A DNA stretch of 9,746 bases from a virus (taxonomy: Duplodnaviria; Heunggongvirae; Uroviricota; Caudoviricetes): IMG/VR virus record IMGVR_UViG_2609459860_000011. One strand, 5' to 3'. This document shows, one piece after another, positions 1 through 7,143 of this stretch. The number at the start of each line of letters is the position of its first letter. The first letter of the stretch is position 1. The position numbers were made by a program, and so were the translations under genes. The notes under the pieces were generated by a model that did no database searches, was not told the DNA's origin, and saw only the letters and a program-made list of their open reading frames with translations.

Positions 1-411
1 TCTGCAGATTTTAACTCATGGGAATATGTGCCAGACCATCGCGGTGAAATCATCTATAGCACCGAAACAGGAGAATCGAAAGAAATCACAGCTCCGGGTG
101 ATTATCCTGAAAATACAACCACTATCGCCCCGTTAACGCCATACGATAAATGGGATGGTGAGAAATGGGTGACCGATACTGAGGCACAGCATAGCGCCGC
201 AGTAGGCGCGGCAGAAGCACAGCGTCAGTCACTGATTGATACTGCAATGGCTTCCATTAGTCTGATTCAACTGAAATTGCAGGCCGGGCGGAAGCTGATG
301 CAGACAGAAAACACCCGACTTAACGCTGTGCTGGATTATATTGACGCGGTGACGGCAACAGATACCAGCACAGCGCCGGACGTCATCTGGCCTGAACTGC
401 CGGAGGCGTAG
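1..411 (+). CDS. Tail fibre assembly protein (Tfa, P2 gpG-like), 5'-truncated by the window edge; copy in the currently expressed orientation
   Basis: Frame 1 is open from base 1 (no stop) to TAA at 409-411; the ORF track's GTG at 28 is internal. The C-terminus ...NAVLDYIDAVTATDTSTAPDVIWPELPEA carries the Tfa-family motif (LDYxDAx...APD-x-W-P-x-x-P) and is paralogous to the C-terminus of the minus-strand ORF 383..826. The two genes overlap convergently at their 3' ends (383-411), as in Mu G, P1 C and e14 P segments. Confidence 0.75.
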   Translation, partial: SADFNSWEYVPDHRGEIIYSTETGESKEITAPGDYPENTTTIAPLTPYDKWDGEKWVTDTEAQHSAAVGAAEAQRQSLIDTAMASISLIQLKLQAGRKLMQTENTRLNAVLDYIDAVTATDTSTAPDVIWPELPEA

Positions 412-826
412 GCCATTCAATATCTGGAGCGCTGGAGATATCAACCAGTTCCAGTGCGTCCAGATAATCCAGCCATAAATTATATTGTTCCAGCTCGTCA
501 CCTTTCAGACGACCAATAGCAGCTTTGCCAGGCCACTGATGGGTATTGATGTAGGTATTGACTTCTGAAACCAAAGATATTTTTTTCATTTCAGCCGCCA
601 GCACCTCATCCTCTTTTGAAGGCGGTGGGGAATTAATCCATACTGGTCGTCCTGAACTGTCAGCGCCAATTTCTTTCCCTTCTGGATGCAGCCCAAGAAA
701 TTGCTCATATGTTTCTCTGGTAATTTCAATAACATCATCAGGAAGCGTTCCCGCATCCTCATATTCTGGAAACAATTCTTGCAGATAAAAACTTTTACTT
801 CCGGGTGAAAAGAATACTGAGTTCAT
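383..826 (-). CDS. Tail fibre assembly protein, alternate copy (Tfa') in the currently silent orientation
   Basis: 147-aa ORF, ATG at 826-824 (minus). C-terminus ...NLWLDYLDALELVDISSAPDIEWPTPPAVQAR is the same motif as the plus-strand tfa. It starts 2 nt after the stop (831-829) of the upstream minus-strand fibre cassette, i.e. a fibre-Cterm/tfa pair. Confidence 0.75.
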   Translation of the reverse strand: MNSVFFSPGSKSFYLQELFPEYEDAGTLPDDVIEITRETYEQFLGLHPEGKEIGADSSGRPVWINSPPPSKEDEVLAAEMKKISLVSEVNTYINTHQWPGKAAIGRLKGDELEQYNLWLDYLDALELVDISSAPDIEWPTPPAVQAR

Positions 827-828
827 TC

Positions 829-1323
829 TTACCGTCCAATGATTAACGCTGAGACGCTGGTATCTGAAGGAAAGGCTGCATTCAGTGGTTTGTCGACTTT
901 GAACACAATCGTATTATTCCCCCTGACAGCGGCAAAAGAACAAACCGCCGTCGCGTATGAACCTGTAATATTACTGGATACACCACCATAAGCTGTTGTT
1001 GATACCAGAGGGATAACGCCCAGCACCTTATTAGGAAATACAAAGGGCAATGTGGCTGTGGCAATATAAGACTTATTAGAACCTGTAATGGCATAAGCAT
1101 TATCAGTCATTCCATTCATCGCCACTGGACCGCTTATACTTACAGTAACCATCTGAATGATTAGCCCGTCAGGTTGACGAATCACAAAATTTCCATTGCC
1201 ACCAGTAACCGTCCAGAAAGACATATCAGGGATTTGGTTTTCCCCGTTGCCCACATTTCGTTTTGCCGCTTCTCCCAAACCAACGTTTATGAAAATGCAG
1301 AGATAACGGCTAACTGGCATCAT
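829..1323 (-). CDS. Alternate tail-fibre C-terminal (receptor-binding) cassette; probably promoterless and expressed only as a fusion to the constant fibre N-terminus after inversion
   Basis: Minus-strand ORF whose 5' end contains the crossover site (1270-1295, encoding ...IFINVGLGEA...). Gly/Ser/Thr/Val/Asn-rich composition typical of fibre tips. Directly followed by tfa'. The ATG at 1323 may be fortuitous. Confidence 0.6.
   Translation of the reverse strand: MMPVSRYLCIFINVGLGEAAKRNVGNGENQIPDMSFWTVTGGNGNFVIRQPDGLIIQMVTVSISGPVAMNGMTDNAYAITGSNKSYIATATLPFVFPNKVLGVIPLVSTTAYGGVSSNITGSYATAVCSFAAVRGNNTIVFKVDKPLNAAFPSDTSVSALIIGR
1270..1295. other. hix/gix/pix-type crossover site for the serine invertase (right boundary of the invertible segment)
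   Basis: TTCTCCCAAACC-AA-CGTTTATGAAAA: two imperfect 12-bp inverted half-sites around a central AA, matching the remembered hixL TTCTTGAAAACC-AA-GGTTTTTGATAA at most positions. It lies 55 bp upstream of the invertase start and inside the 5' end of the silent fibre cassette. Confidence 0.6.
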
Positions 1324-1350
1324 CTCCGGTTTTTATTCAGGGGATCCATC

Positions 1351-1944
1351 ATGCTTATTGGCTATGTCCGCGTATCAACAAATGACCAGAACACGGAATT
1401 GCAGCGTAACGCGCTGGAATGCGCGGGATGTGAGCGGATTTTTGAGGACAAAATCAGCGGCACGAAGTCCGACAGGCCGGGACTGAAAAAACTGCTCAGG
1501 ACATTATCGGATGGGGATACACTGGTAGTCTGGAAGCTGGACCGGCTGGGGCGTAGTATGCGGCATCTGGTCATTCTAGTTGAGGAACTGCGCGAACGTG
1601 GCATTAATTTTCGCAGCCTGACGGATGCTATTGATACCAGCACGCCGATGGGGCGTTTTTTCTTTCATGTGATGGGTGCCCTGGCTGAAATGGAGCGAGA
1701 ACTCATTGTCGAGCGGACACGCGCCGGACTGGAAGCGGCCAGAGCCAAAGGTCGTATTGGTGGCAGACGTCCGAAACTCACCGCGAGTGAGTGGGAGCAG
1801 GTCGGACGGTTGCTGGCTGCGGGGGAATCTCGTCAACGCGTGGCGCTGATTTTTGATATTGGCCTGTCCACGCTCTATAAAAAATTCCCCTCATCAGCGA
1901 CAAAGAATAAATTGTGTCATCCCTTAGCCAACCGGGACAAATAG
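1351..1944 (+). CDS. Serine DNA invertase, Gin/Pin/Hin/Cin family
   Basis: Starts MLIGYVRVSTNDQNTELQRNAL... (catalytic Ser in RVSTNDQ); conserved ...DTLVVWKLDRLGRSM...GRFFFHVMGALAEMERELIVERT... and C-terminal HTH ...ALIFDIGLSTLYKKF. Close to my memory of Mu Gin and e14 Pin. RBS AGGGGA at 1339-1344. The ORF-track start at 1174 is an upstream in-frame extension running antisense through the fibre cassette; the real start is the ATG at 1351. Confidence 0.9.
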   Translation: MLIGYVRVSTNDQNTELQRNALECAGCERIFEDKISGTKSDRPGLKKLLRTLSDGDTLVVWKLDRLGRSMRHLVILVEELRERGINFRSLTDAIDTSTPMGRFFFHVMGALAEMERELIVERTRAGLEAARAKGRIGGRRPKLTASEWEQVGRLLAAGESRQRVALIFDIGLSTLYKKFPSSATKNKLCHPLANRDK

Positions 1945-2003
1945 CCTGACATCTCCGGCACAACTGAAAATACCACTCACCCATTAACCACGGAGTTAAA
2001 CGG
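1900..2003 (+). promoter_or_regulatory. Probable Ogr-dependent late promoter region (PF-like) for the FI-FII-E-T-U-D operon, overlapping the invertase 3' end
   Basis: Only 59 bp separate the invertase stop (1942-1944) from the FI ATG (2004), so the late promoter and activator site (expected near -55 in P2 late promoters) must overlap the invertase 3' coding end. A partial dyad TGTGTCA...GGGACA is present at 1913-1939, but I could not find an exact TGT-N12-ACA element. Confidence 0.3.
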
Positions 2004-3194
2004 ATGAGTGACTATCATCACGGCGTGCAGGTGCTGGAGATTAACGACGGCACCCGCGTCATTTCCACCGTATCCACGGCCATTGTCGGCATGGTCTGCA
2101 CGGCCAGCGATGCGGATGCGGAAACCTTCCCCCTCAATAAACCGGTGCTGATTACCAATGTGCAGAGCGCAATTGCAAAGGCCGGTAAAAAAGGCACGCT
2201 GGCGGCGTCGTTACAGGCCATCGCTGACCAGTCAAAACCGGTCACCGTTGTTGTGCGCGTGGAAGACGGCACCGGCGACGACGAGGAAACGAAACTTGCG
2301 CAGACCGTTTCCAATATCATCGGCACCACCGACGAAAACGGTCAGTACACCGGACTGAAAGCCCTGCTGGCGGCGGAGTCGGTAACCGGTGTTAAACCGC
2401 GCATTCTCGGTGTGCCGGGACTGGACACCAAAGAGGTGGCTGTTGCACTGGCATCAGTCTGTCAGAAGCTGCGCGCTTTCGGGTATATCAGCGCATGGGG
2501 CTGTAAGACCATTTCCGAGGTGAAAGCCTACCGCCAGAATTTCAGCCAGCGTGAACTGATGGTTATCTGGCCGGATTTCCTCGCATGGGATACGGTCACC
2601 AGTACCACCGCCACCGCGTATGCCACCGCCCGTGCGCTGGGTCTGCGCGCTAAAATCGACCAGGAGCAGGGCTGGCATAAAACGCTGTCCAACGTCGGGG
2701 TAAACGGTGTTACCGGCATCAGCGCGTCCGTATTCTGGGATTTGCAGGAGTCCGGCACCGATGCTGACCTGCTTAACGAGTCTGGCGTCACTACGCTGAT
2801 TCGCCGCGACGGTTTCCGCTTCTGGGGTAACCGTACCTGCTCTGATGACCCGCTGTTCCTCTTTGAAAACTACACCCGCACCGCGCAGGTGCTGGCCGAC
2901 ACGATGGCTGAGGCGCACATGTGGGCGGTGGACAAGCCCATCACCGCAACGCTGATTCGCGACATCATTGACGGCATCAATGCCAAATTCCGTGAGCTGA
3001 AAACAAACGGCTATATCGTGGATGGCTCATGCTGGTTCAGCGAAGAATCCAACGATGCGGAAACCCTCAAGGCCGGAAAACTGTATATTGACTACGACTA
3101 TACCCCGGTGCCTCCTCTTGAAAACCTGACCCTGCGCCAGCGTATTACCGATAAATACCTGGCAAATCTGGTCACCTCGGTTAACAGCAATTAA
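2004..3194 (+). CDS. FI: Contractile tail sheath protein (P2 gpFI)
   Basis: 396 aa, the same length as P2 FI; sequence MSDYHHGVQVLEINDGTRVI... recognised as P2-type sheath. RBS GGAG 8 nt upstream. Confidence 0.9.
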   Translation: MSDYHHGVQVLEINDGTRVISTVSTAIVGMVCTASDADAETFPLNKPVLITNVQSAIAKAGKKGTLAASLQAIADQSKPVTVVVRVEDGTGDDEETKLAQTVSNIIGTTDENGQYTGLKALLAAESVTGVKPRILGVPGLDTKEVAVALASVCQKLRAFGYISAWGCKTISEVKAYRQNFSQRELMVIWPDFLAWDTVTSTTATAYATARALGLRAKIDQEQGWHKTLSNVGVNGVTGISASVFWDLQESGTDADLLNESGVTTLIRRDGFRFWGNRTCSDDPLFLFENYTRTAQVLADTMAEAHMWAVDKPITATLIRDIIDGINAKFRELKTNGYIVDGSCWFSEESNDAETLKAGKLYIDYDYTPVPPLENLTLRQRITDKYLANLVTSVNSN

Positions 3195-3206
3195 GGAGCC
3201 TGACCG

Positions 3207-3725
3207 ATGGCAATGCCGCGCAAACTCAAGTTAATGAACGTCTTTCTGAACGGCTACAGCTATCAGGGCGTCGCGAAGTCCGTCACGCTGCCAAAACTGA
3301 CCCGTAAGCTCGAAAACTATCGCGGTGCGGGAATGAACGGCAGCGCACCGGTAGACCTCGGCCTTGATGACGATGCGCTGTCAATGGAGTGGTCGCTCGG
3401 GGGCTTCCCGGATTCGGTTATCTGGGAGCTTTACGCCGCAACCAGTGTGGATGCTGTGCCGATTCGTTTTGCAGGCTCTTACCAGCGCGACGATACCGGC
3501 GAAACGGTGGCCGTCGAGGTGGTCATGCGTGGACGTCAGAAAGAAATCGACACCGGCGAGGGCAAACAGGGAGAAGACACCGAGTCGAAAATCTCCGTGG
3601 TCTGCACCTATTTCCGGCTGACGATGGACGGTAAGGAGCTGGTCGAAATCGACACCATCAACATGATTGAGAAGGTGAACGGCGTCGACCGGCTGGAGCA
3701 ACACCGCCGCAATATCGGCCTGTGA
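3207..3725 (+). CDS. FII: Tail tube protein (P2 gpFII)
   Basis: 172 aa, MAMPRKLKLMNVFLNGYSYQGVAKSVTLPKL...; RBS AAGGAG at 3193-3198; position immediately after the sheath gene as in P2. Confidence 0.9.
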   Translation: MAMPRKLKLMNVFLNGYSYQGVAKSVTLPKLTRKLENYRGAGMNGSAPVDLGLDDDALSMEWSLGGFPDSVIWELYAATSVDAVPIRFAGSYQRDDTGETVAVEVVMRGRQKEIDTGEGKQGEDTESKISVVCTYFRLTMDGKELVEIDTINMIEKVNGVDRLEQHRRNIGL

Positions 3726-3733
3726 TTTTCATC

Positions 3734-3754
3734 CGGTCAGCCTGGCTGACCGGT
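3734..3754 (+). other. Perfect 9-bp stem / 3-nt loop hairpin in the FII-E intergenic region (possible attenuator or mRNA processing/stability element)
   Basis: CCGGTCAGC-CTG-GCTGACCGG, 9 nt after the FII stop; no following T-run, so not a classical intrinsic terminator. Confidence 0.35.
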
Positions 3755-3781
3755 TAACCCCGATTCAGAAGTGAGAAAACC

Positions 3782-4057
3782 ATGAACAAAGAAAATGTGA
3801 TTACCCTGGACAATCCGGTCAAGCGTGGTGAGCAGGTTATCGAACAGGTCACGCTGATGAAACCCAATGCCGGGACGCTGCGCGGTGTCAGTCTGGCTGC
3901 GGTCGCGAACTCTGAAGTCGATGCACTGATTAAGGTGCTGCCGCGCATGACGGCACCGATGCTGACCGAGCAGGAAGTCGCCGCGCTGGAACTGCCTGAC
4001 CTTGTGGCGCTGGCCGGTAAGGTGGTCGGTTTTTTGTCGCCGAACTCGGTGCAGTGA
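3782..4057 (+). CDS. E: Tail assembly chaperone gpE (zero-frame product)
   Basis: 91 aa, MNKENVITLDNPVKRGEQVIEQVTLMKPNAG..., ending ...KVVGFLSPNSVQ. Confidence 0.85.
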   Translation: MNKENVITLDNPVKRGEQVIEQVTLMKPNAGTLRGVSLAAVANSEVDALIKVLPRMTAPMLTEQEVAALELPDLVALAGKVVGFLSPNSVQ

Positions 4058-4209
4058 CGTTTCCGAAAAATCTCTCGGTCGATGACCTGATGGCAGATGT
4101 GGCAGTGATATTTCACTGGCCGCCATCAGAACTGTATCCCATGAGCCTGACCGAACTCATCACATGGCGCGAAAAGGCGCTCCGGCGAAGCGGAAACACG
4201 AATGAGTAA
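3782..4209 (+). CDS. E+E': gpE+E' extended chaperone made by programmed -1 ribosomal frameshift (analogue of lambda G/GT)
   Basis: Slippery heptamer T-TTT-TTG at 4030-4036 in the E frame (GGT TTT TTG). The -1 frame is open from 4036 to TAA at 4207-4209 and encodes ...VAELGAVTFPKNLSVDDLMADVAVIFHWPPSELYPMSLTELITWREKALRRSGNTNE. The stop overlaps the T start codon (ATG 4202-4204). Total about 142 aa, as for P2 E+E'. Confidence 0.7.
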
Positions 4210-6649
4210 CAATGTAAAATTACAGGTATTGCTCAGGGCTGTTGACCAGGCATCCCGCCCGTTTAAATCCATCCGTACAGCGAGCAAGTCGCTGTCGGGG
4301 GATATCCGGGAAACACAAAAATCACTGCGCGAGCTGAACGGTCAGGCGTCCCGTATTGAGGGATTTCGCAAGACCAGTGCGCAGCTCGCCGTGACTGGTC
4401 ATGCACTTGAAAAGGCTCGGCAGGAAGCCGAAGCCCTTGCCACACAGTTTAAAAACACCGAACGTCCGACCCGTGCTCAGGCGAAAGTGCTGGAATCCGC
4501 AAAGCGTGCGGCGGAGGACTTACAGGCGAAATATAACCGCCTGACGGATTCCGTTAAACGCCAGCAGCGGGAACTGGCCGCTGTGGGAATTAATACCCGC
4601 AATCTTGCACATGATGAGCAGGGGCTGAAAAACCGTATCAGTGAAACCACCGCACAGCTTAACCGTCAGCGCGACGCACTGGCGCGTGTCAGTGCACAAC
4701 AGGCAAAACTTAACGCAGTCAAACAGCATTATCAGGCCGGAAAGGAACTGGCAGGAAATATGGCCTCAGTGGGCGCTGCCGGTGTGGGGATTGCTGCTGC
4801 GGGAACGATGGCCGGTGTTAAGCTGCTGATGCCCGGTTATGAGTTTGCGCAGAAAAACTCAGAATTGCAGGCTGTGCTCGGTGTGGCAAAAGACTCCGCC
4901 GAAATGGCCGCATTACGCAAACAGGCGCGCCAGCTCGGCGACAATACCGCCGCCTCGGCGGATGATGCGGCCGGTGCACAGATAATCATCGCGAAAGCGG
5001 GTGGGGATGTTGATGCCATTCAGGCGGCAACGCCGGTCACGCTGAATATGGCGCTGGCGAACCGCCGCACGATGGAAGAAAACGCCGCCCTGCTGATGGG
5101 GATGAAATCCGCCTTTCAGCTTTCAAACGATAAGGTCGCTCATATCGGGGATGTTCTCTCCATGACGATGAACAAAACCGCCGCCGATTTTGACGGCATG
5201 AGCGATGCGCTGACCTATGCCGCACCTGTGGCAAAAAATGCCGGTGTCAGCATTGAAGAAACCGCCGCAATGGTCGGGGCGCTGCATGATGCAAAAATTA
5301 CAGGCTCAATGGCGGGGACGGGAAGCCGTGCCGTGTTAAGTCGCCTGCAGGCACCAACGGGAAAAGCATGGGATGCACTCAAAGAGCTTGGCGTGAAAAC
5401 CTCAGACAGCAAGGGAAACACCCGGCCAATATTTACCATTCTGAAAGAAATGCAGGCCAGTTTTGAGAAAAACCGGCTCGGTACTGCCCAGCAGGCTGAA
5501 TACATGAAAACTATTTTCGGGGAGGAGGCCAGCTCAGCCGCCGCCGTGCTGATGACTGCCGCCTCAACCGGAAAGCTGGACAAACTGACCGCTGCGTTTA
5601 AAGCCTCAGACGGGAAGACTGCCGAGCTGGTAAATATCATGCAGGACAACCTCGGCGGTGACTTTAAGGAGTTTCAGTCCGCTTATGAGGCGGTGGGGAC
5701 TGACCTGTTTGACCAGCAGGAAGGCGCACTGCGTAAGCTCACGCAGACGGCCACAAAGTATGTGTTAAAACTCGACGGCTGGATACAGAAAAACAAATCA
5801 CTGGCGTCAACCATTGGTCTCATTGCCGGTGGCGCACTGGCGCTTACTGGCATCATCGGTGCCATTGGCCTCGTAGCCTGGCCGGTTATCACCGGCATCA
5901 ATGCCATCATCGCGGCAGCAGGCGCAATGGGGGCAATCTTCACGACGGTTGGCAGTGCCGTTATGACGGCCATCGGGGCGATTAGCTGGCCGGTTGTGGC
6001 CGTGGTGGCCGCCATTGTCGCCGGGGCGTTGCTTATCCGTAAATACTGGGAGCCTGTCAGCGCATTCTTTGGCGGTGTGGTGGAAGGGCTGAAAGCGGCA
6101 TTTGCGCCGGTGGGGGAACTGTTCACGCCACTTAAGCCGGTGTTTGACTGGCTGGGTGAAAAGTTACAGGCCGTGTGGCAGTGGTTTAAAAACCTGATTG
6201 CCCCGGTCAAAGCCACACAGGACACCCTGAACCGTTGCCGTGACACGGGCGTCATGTTCGGGCAGGCACTGGCTGACGCGTTAATGCTGCCGCTTAATGC
6301 GTTCAACAAACTGCGCAGCGGTATTGACTGGGTACTGGAAAAACTCGGTGTTATCAACAAAGAGTCAGACACACTTGACCAGACCGCCGCAAGGACTAAT
6401 GCCGTCACGTATGGCACCGGTGGTTATATTCCGGCGACCAGCTCTTATGCAGGCTATCAGGCTTATCAGCCGGTCACGGCACCGGCTGGTCGCTCTTATG
6501 TGGACCAGAGTAAAAACGAATATCACATCAGCCTGACGGGCGGTACTGCGCCAGGGACACAGCTCGACCGCCAGTTACAGGATGCACTCGAAAAATACGA
6601 GCGGGATAAACGTGCGCGCGCCCGTGCCAGCATGATGCATGACGGTTAA
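4202..6649 (+). CDS. T: Tail tape measure protein (P2 gpT)
   Basis: 815 aa, the same length as P2 T. N-terminal coiled-coil-like Gln/Ala/Arg/Leu-rich region and a central Gly/Ala/Ile-rich hydrophobic stretch typical of tape measure proteins. Start is translationally coupled to the E' end. Confidence 0.9.
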   Translation: MSNNVKLQVLLRAVDQASRPFKSIRTASKSLSGDIRETQKSLRELNGQASRIEGFRKTSAQLAVTGHALEKARQEAEALATQFKNTERPTRAQAKVLESAKRAAEDLQAKYNRLTDSVKRQQRELAAVGINTRNLAHDEQGLKNRISETTAQLNRQRDALARVSAQQAKLNAVKQHYQAGKELAGNMASVGAAGVGIAAAGTMAGVKLLMPGYEFAQKNSELQAVLGVAKDSAEMAALRKQARQLGDNTAASADDAAGAQIIIAKAGGDVDAIQAATPVTLNMALANRRTMEENAALLMGMKSAFQLSNDKVAHIGDVLSMTMNKTAADFDGMSDALTYAAPVAKNAGVSIEETAAMVGALHDAKITGSMAGTGSRAVLSRLQAPTGKAWDALKELGVKTSDSKGNTRPIFTILKEMQASFEKNRLGTAQQAEYMKTIFGEEASSAAAVLMTAASTGKLDKLTAAFKASDGKTAELVNIMQDNLGGDFKEFQSAYEAVGTDLFDQQEGALRKLTQTATKYVLKLDGWIQKNKSLASTIGLIAGGALALTGIIGAIGLVAWPVITGINAIIAAAGAMGAIFTTVGSAVMTAIGAISWPVVAVVAAIVAGALLIRKYWEPVSAFFGGVVEGLKAAFAPVGELFTPLKPVFDWLGEKLQAVWQWFKNLIAPVKATQDTLNRCRDTGVMFGQALADALMLPLNAFNKLRSGIDWVLEKLGVINKESDTLDQTAARTNAVTYGTGGYIPATSSYAGYQAYQPVTAPAGRSYVDQSKNEYHISLTGGTAPGTQLDRQLQDALEKYERDKRARARASMMHDG

Positions 6650-6663
6650 GGAGGTGACGAAAA

Positions 6664-7143
6664 ATGATGCTCGCGTTAGGTATGTTTGTTTTTATGCGCC
6701 AGACGCTGCCACACCAGACCATGCAGCGTGAATCAGATTATCGCTGGCCGTCAAATTCCCGTATCGGTAAACGGGATGCCTACCAGTTTCTCGGTGTGGG
6801 TGAGGAAAACATTACGCTTGCAGGCGTGCTTTATCCCGAACTGACCGGCGGGAAGCTGACGATGACCACGCTCAGGCTGATGGCAGAGGAAGGCCGGGCG
6901 TGGCCGTTGCTGGATGGCACCGGCATGATTTACGGCATGTATGTCATCAGCAGGGTGAGTGAAACAGGGAGTATTTTCTTTGCAGACGGCACACCCCGGA
7001 AAATTGATTTTACGCTGTCACTCACCCGCGTTGATGAATCACTGGCCGCGCTTTATGGCGATATCGGTAAACAGGCGGAATCGCTCATCGGTAAGGCTGG
7101 CAGTATGGCGACTAAATTCACGGGTATGACGGGGGCGGGATAA
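6664..7143 (+). CDS. U: Tail protein gpU
   Basis: 159 aa, MMLALGMFVFMRQTLPHQTMQRESDYRWPS...; RBS AGGAGG at 6648-6653; stop TAA 7141-7143 overlaps the D start by 1 nt (TAATG). Confidence 0.85.
   Translation: MMLALGMFVFMRQTLPHQTMQRESDYRWPSNSRIGKRDAYQFLGVGEENITLAGVLYPELTGGKLTMTTLRLMAEEGRAWPLLDGTGMIYGMYVISRVSETGSIFFADGTPRKIDFTLSLTRVDESLAALYGDIGKQAESLIGKAGSMATKFTGMTGAG

Noticed and set aside
561-586. Weak resemblance to a crossover half-site (ACTTCTGAAACCAAAG...) inside tfa'
   Set aside because: Only one half-site is partly matched, the GGTTT-type inverted half is missing, and the location inside tfa is not where Gin/Pin-type sites occur.
558-788. 76-aa plus-strand ORF inside the tfa' gene
   Set aside because: Antisense shadow ORF fully contained in a well-supported minus-strand gene; low-complexity Ser-rich translation with no recognisable motif.
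1174-1350. Upstream in-frame extension of the invertase ORF (ORF track gives 1174..1944, 256 aa)
   Set aside because: The extension runs antisense through the silent fibre cassette and the crossover site. Gin/Pin/Hin proteins start MLIGYVRVS..., and the ATG at 1351 has an RBS (AGGGGA), so the real start is 1351.
1900-2003. Exact P2 late-promoter dyad TGT-N12-ACA upstream of FI
   Set aside because: I could not find an exact TGT-N12-ACA by eye, only a longer-spaced partial dyad (TGT at 1915-1917, ACA at 1937-1939), so the late promoter is reported only as a low-confidence region.
2018-2918. Several antisense or out-of-frame ORFs overlapping the sheath gene (2018..2329 -, 2158..2358 +, 2454..2918 -, 2528..2791 -)
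   Set aside because: All lie within the FI coding sequence, which is recognisable over its full length; typical shadow ORFs in GC-rich coding DNA.
3364-4126. ORFs overlapping FII and E (3364..3621 +, 3389..3634 +, 3381..3704 -, 3737..4126 -, 3754..4116 -)
   Set aside because: Arg/His-rich or Ser-rich translations typical of wrong-frame reads; the only real alternative frame here is E', reached by frameshift and not as an independent ORF.
4263-6722. Antisense and out-of-frame ORFs across the tape measure gene, including 5215..5649 - (144 aa) and 5683..6417 - (244 aa)
   Set aside because: They are Ala/Ser/Thr/Pro-rich mirror images of the Ala/Gly-rich T protein with no start context; T itself is full length (815 aa).
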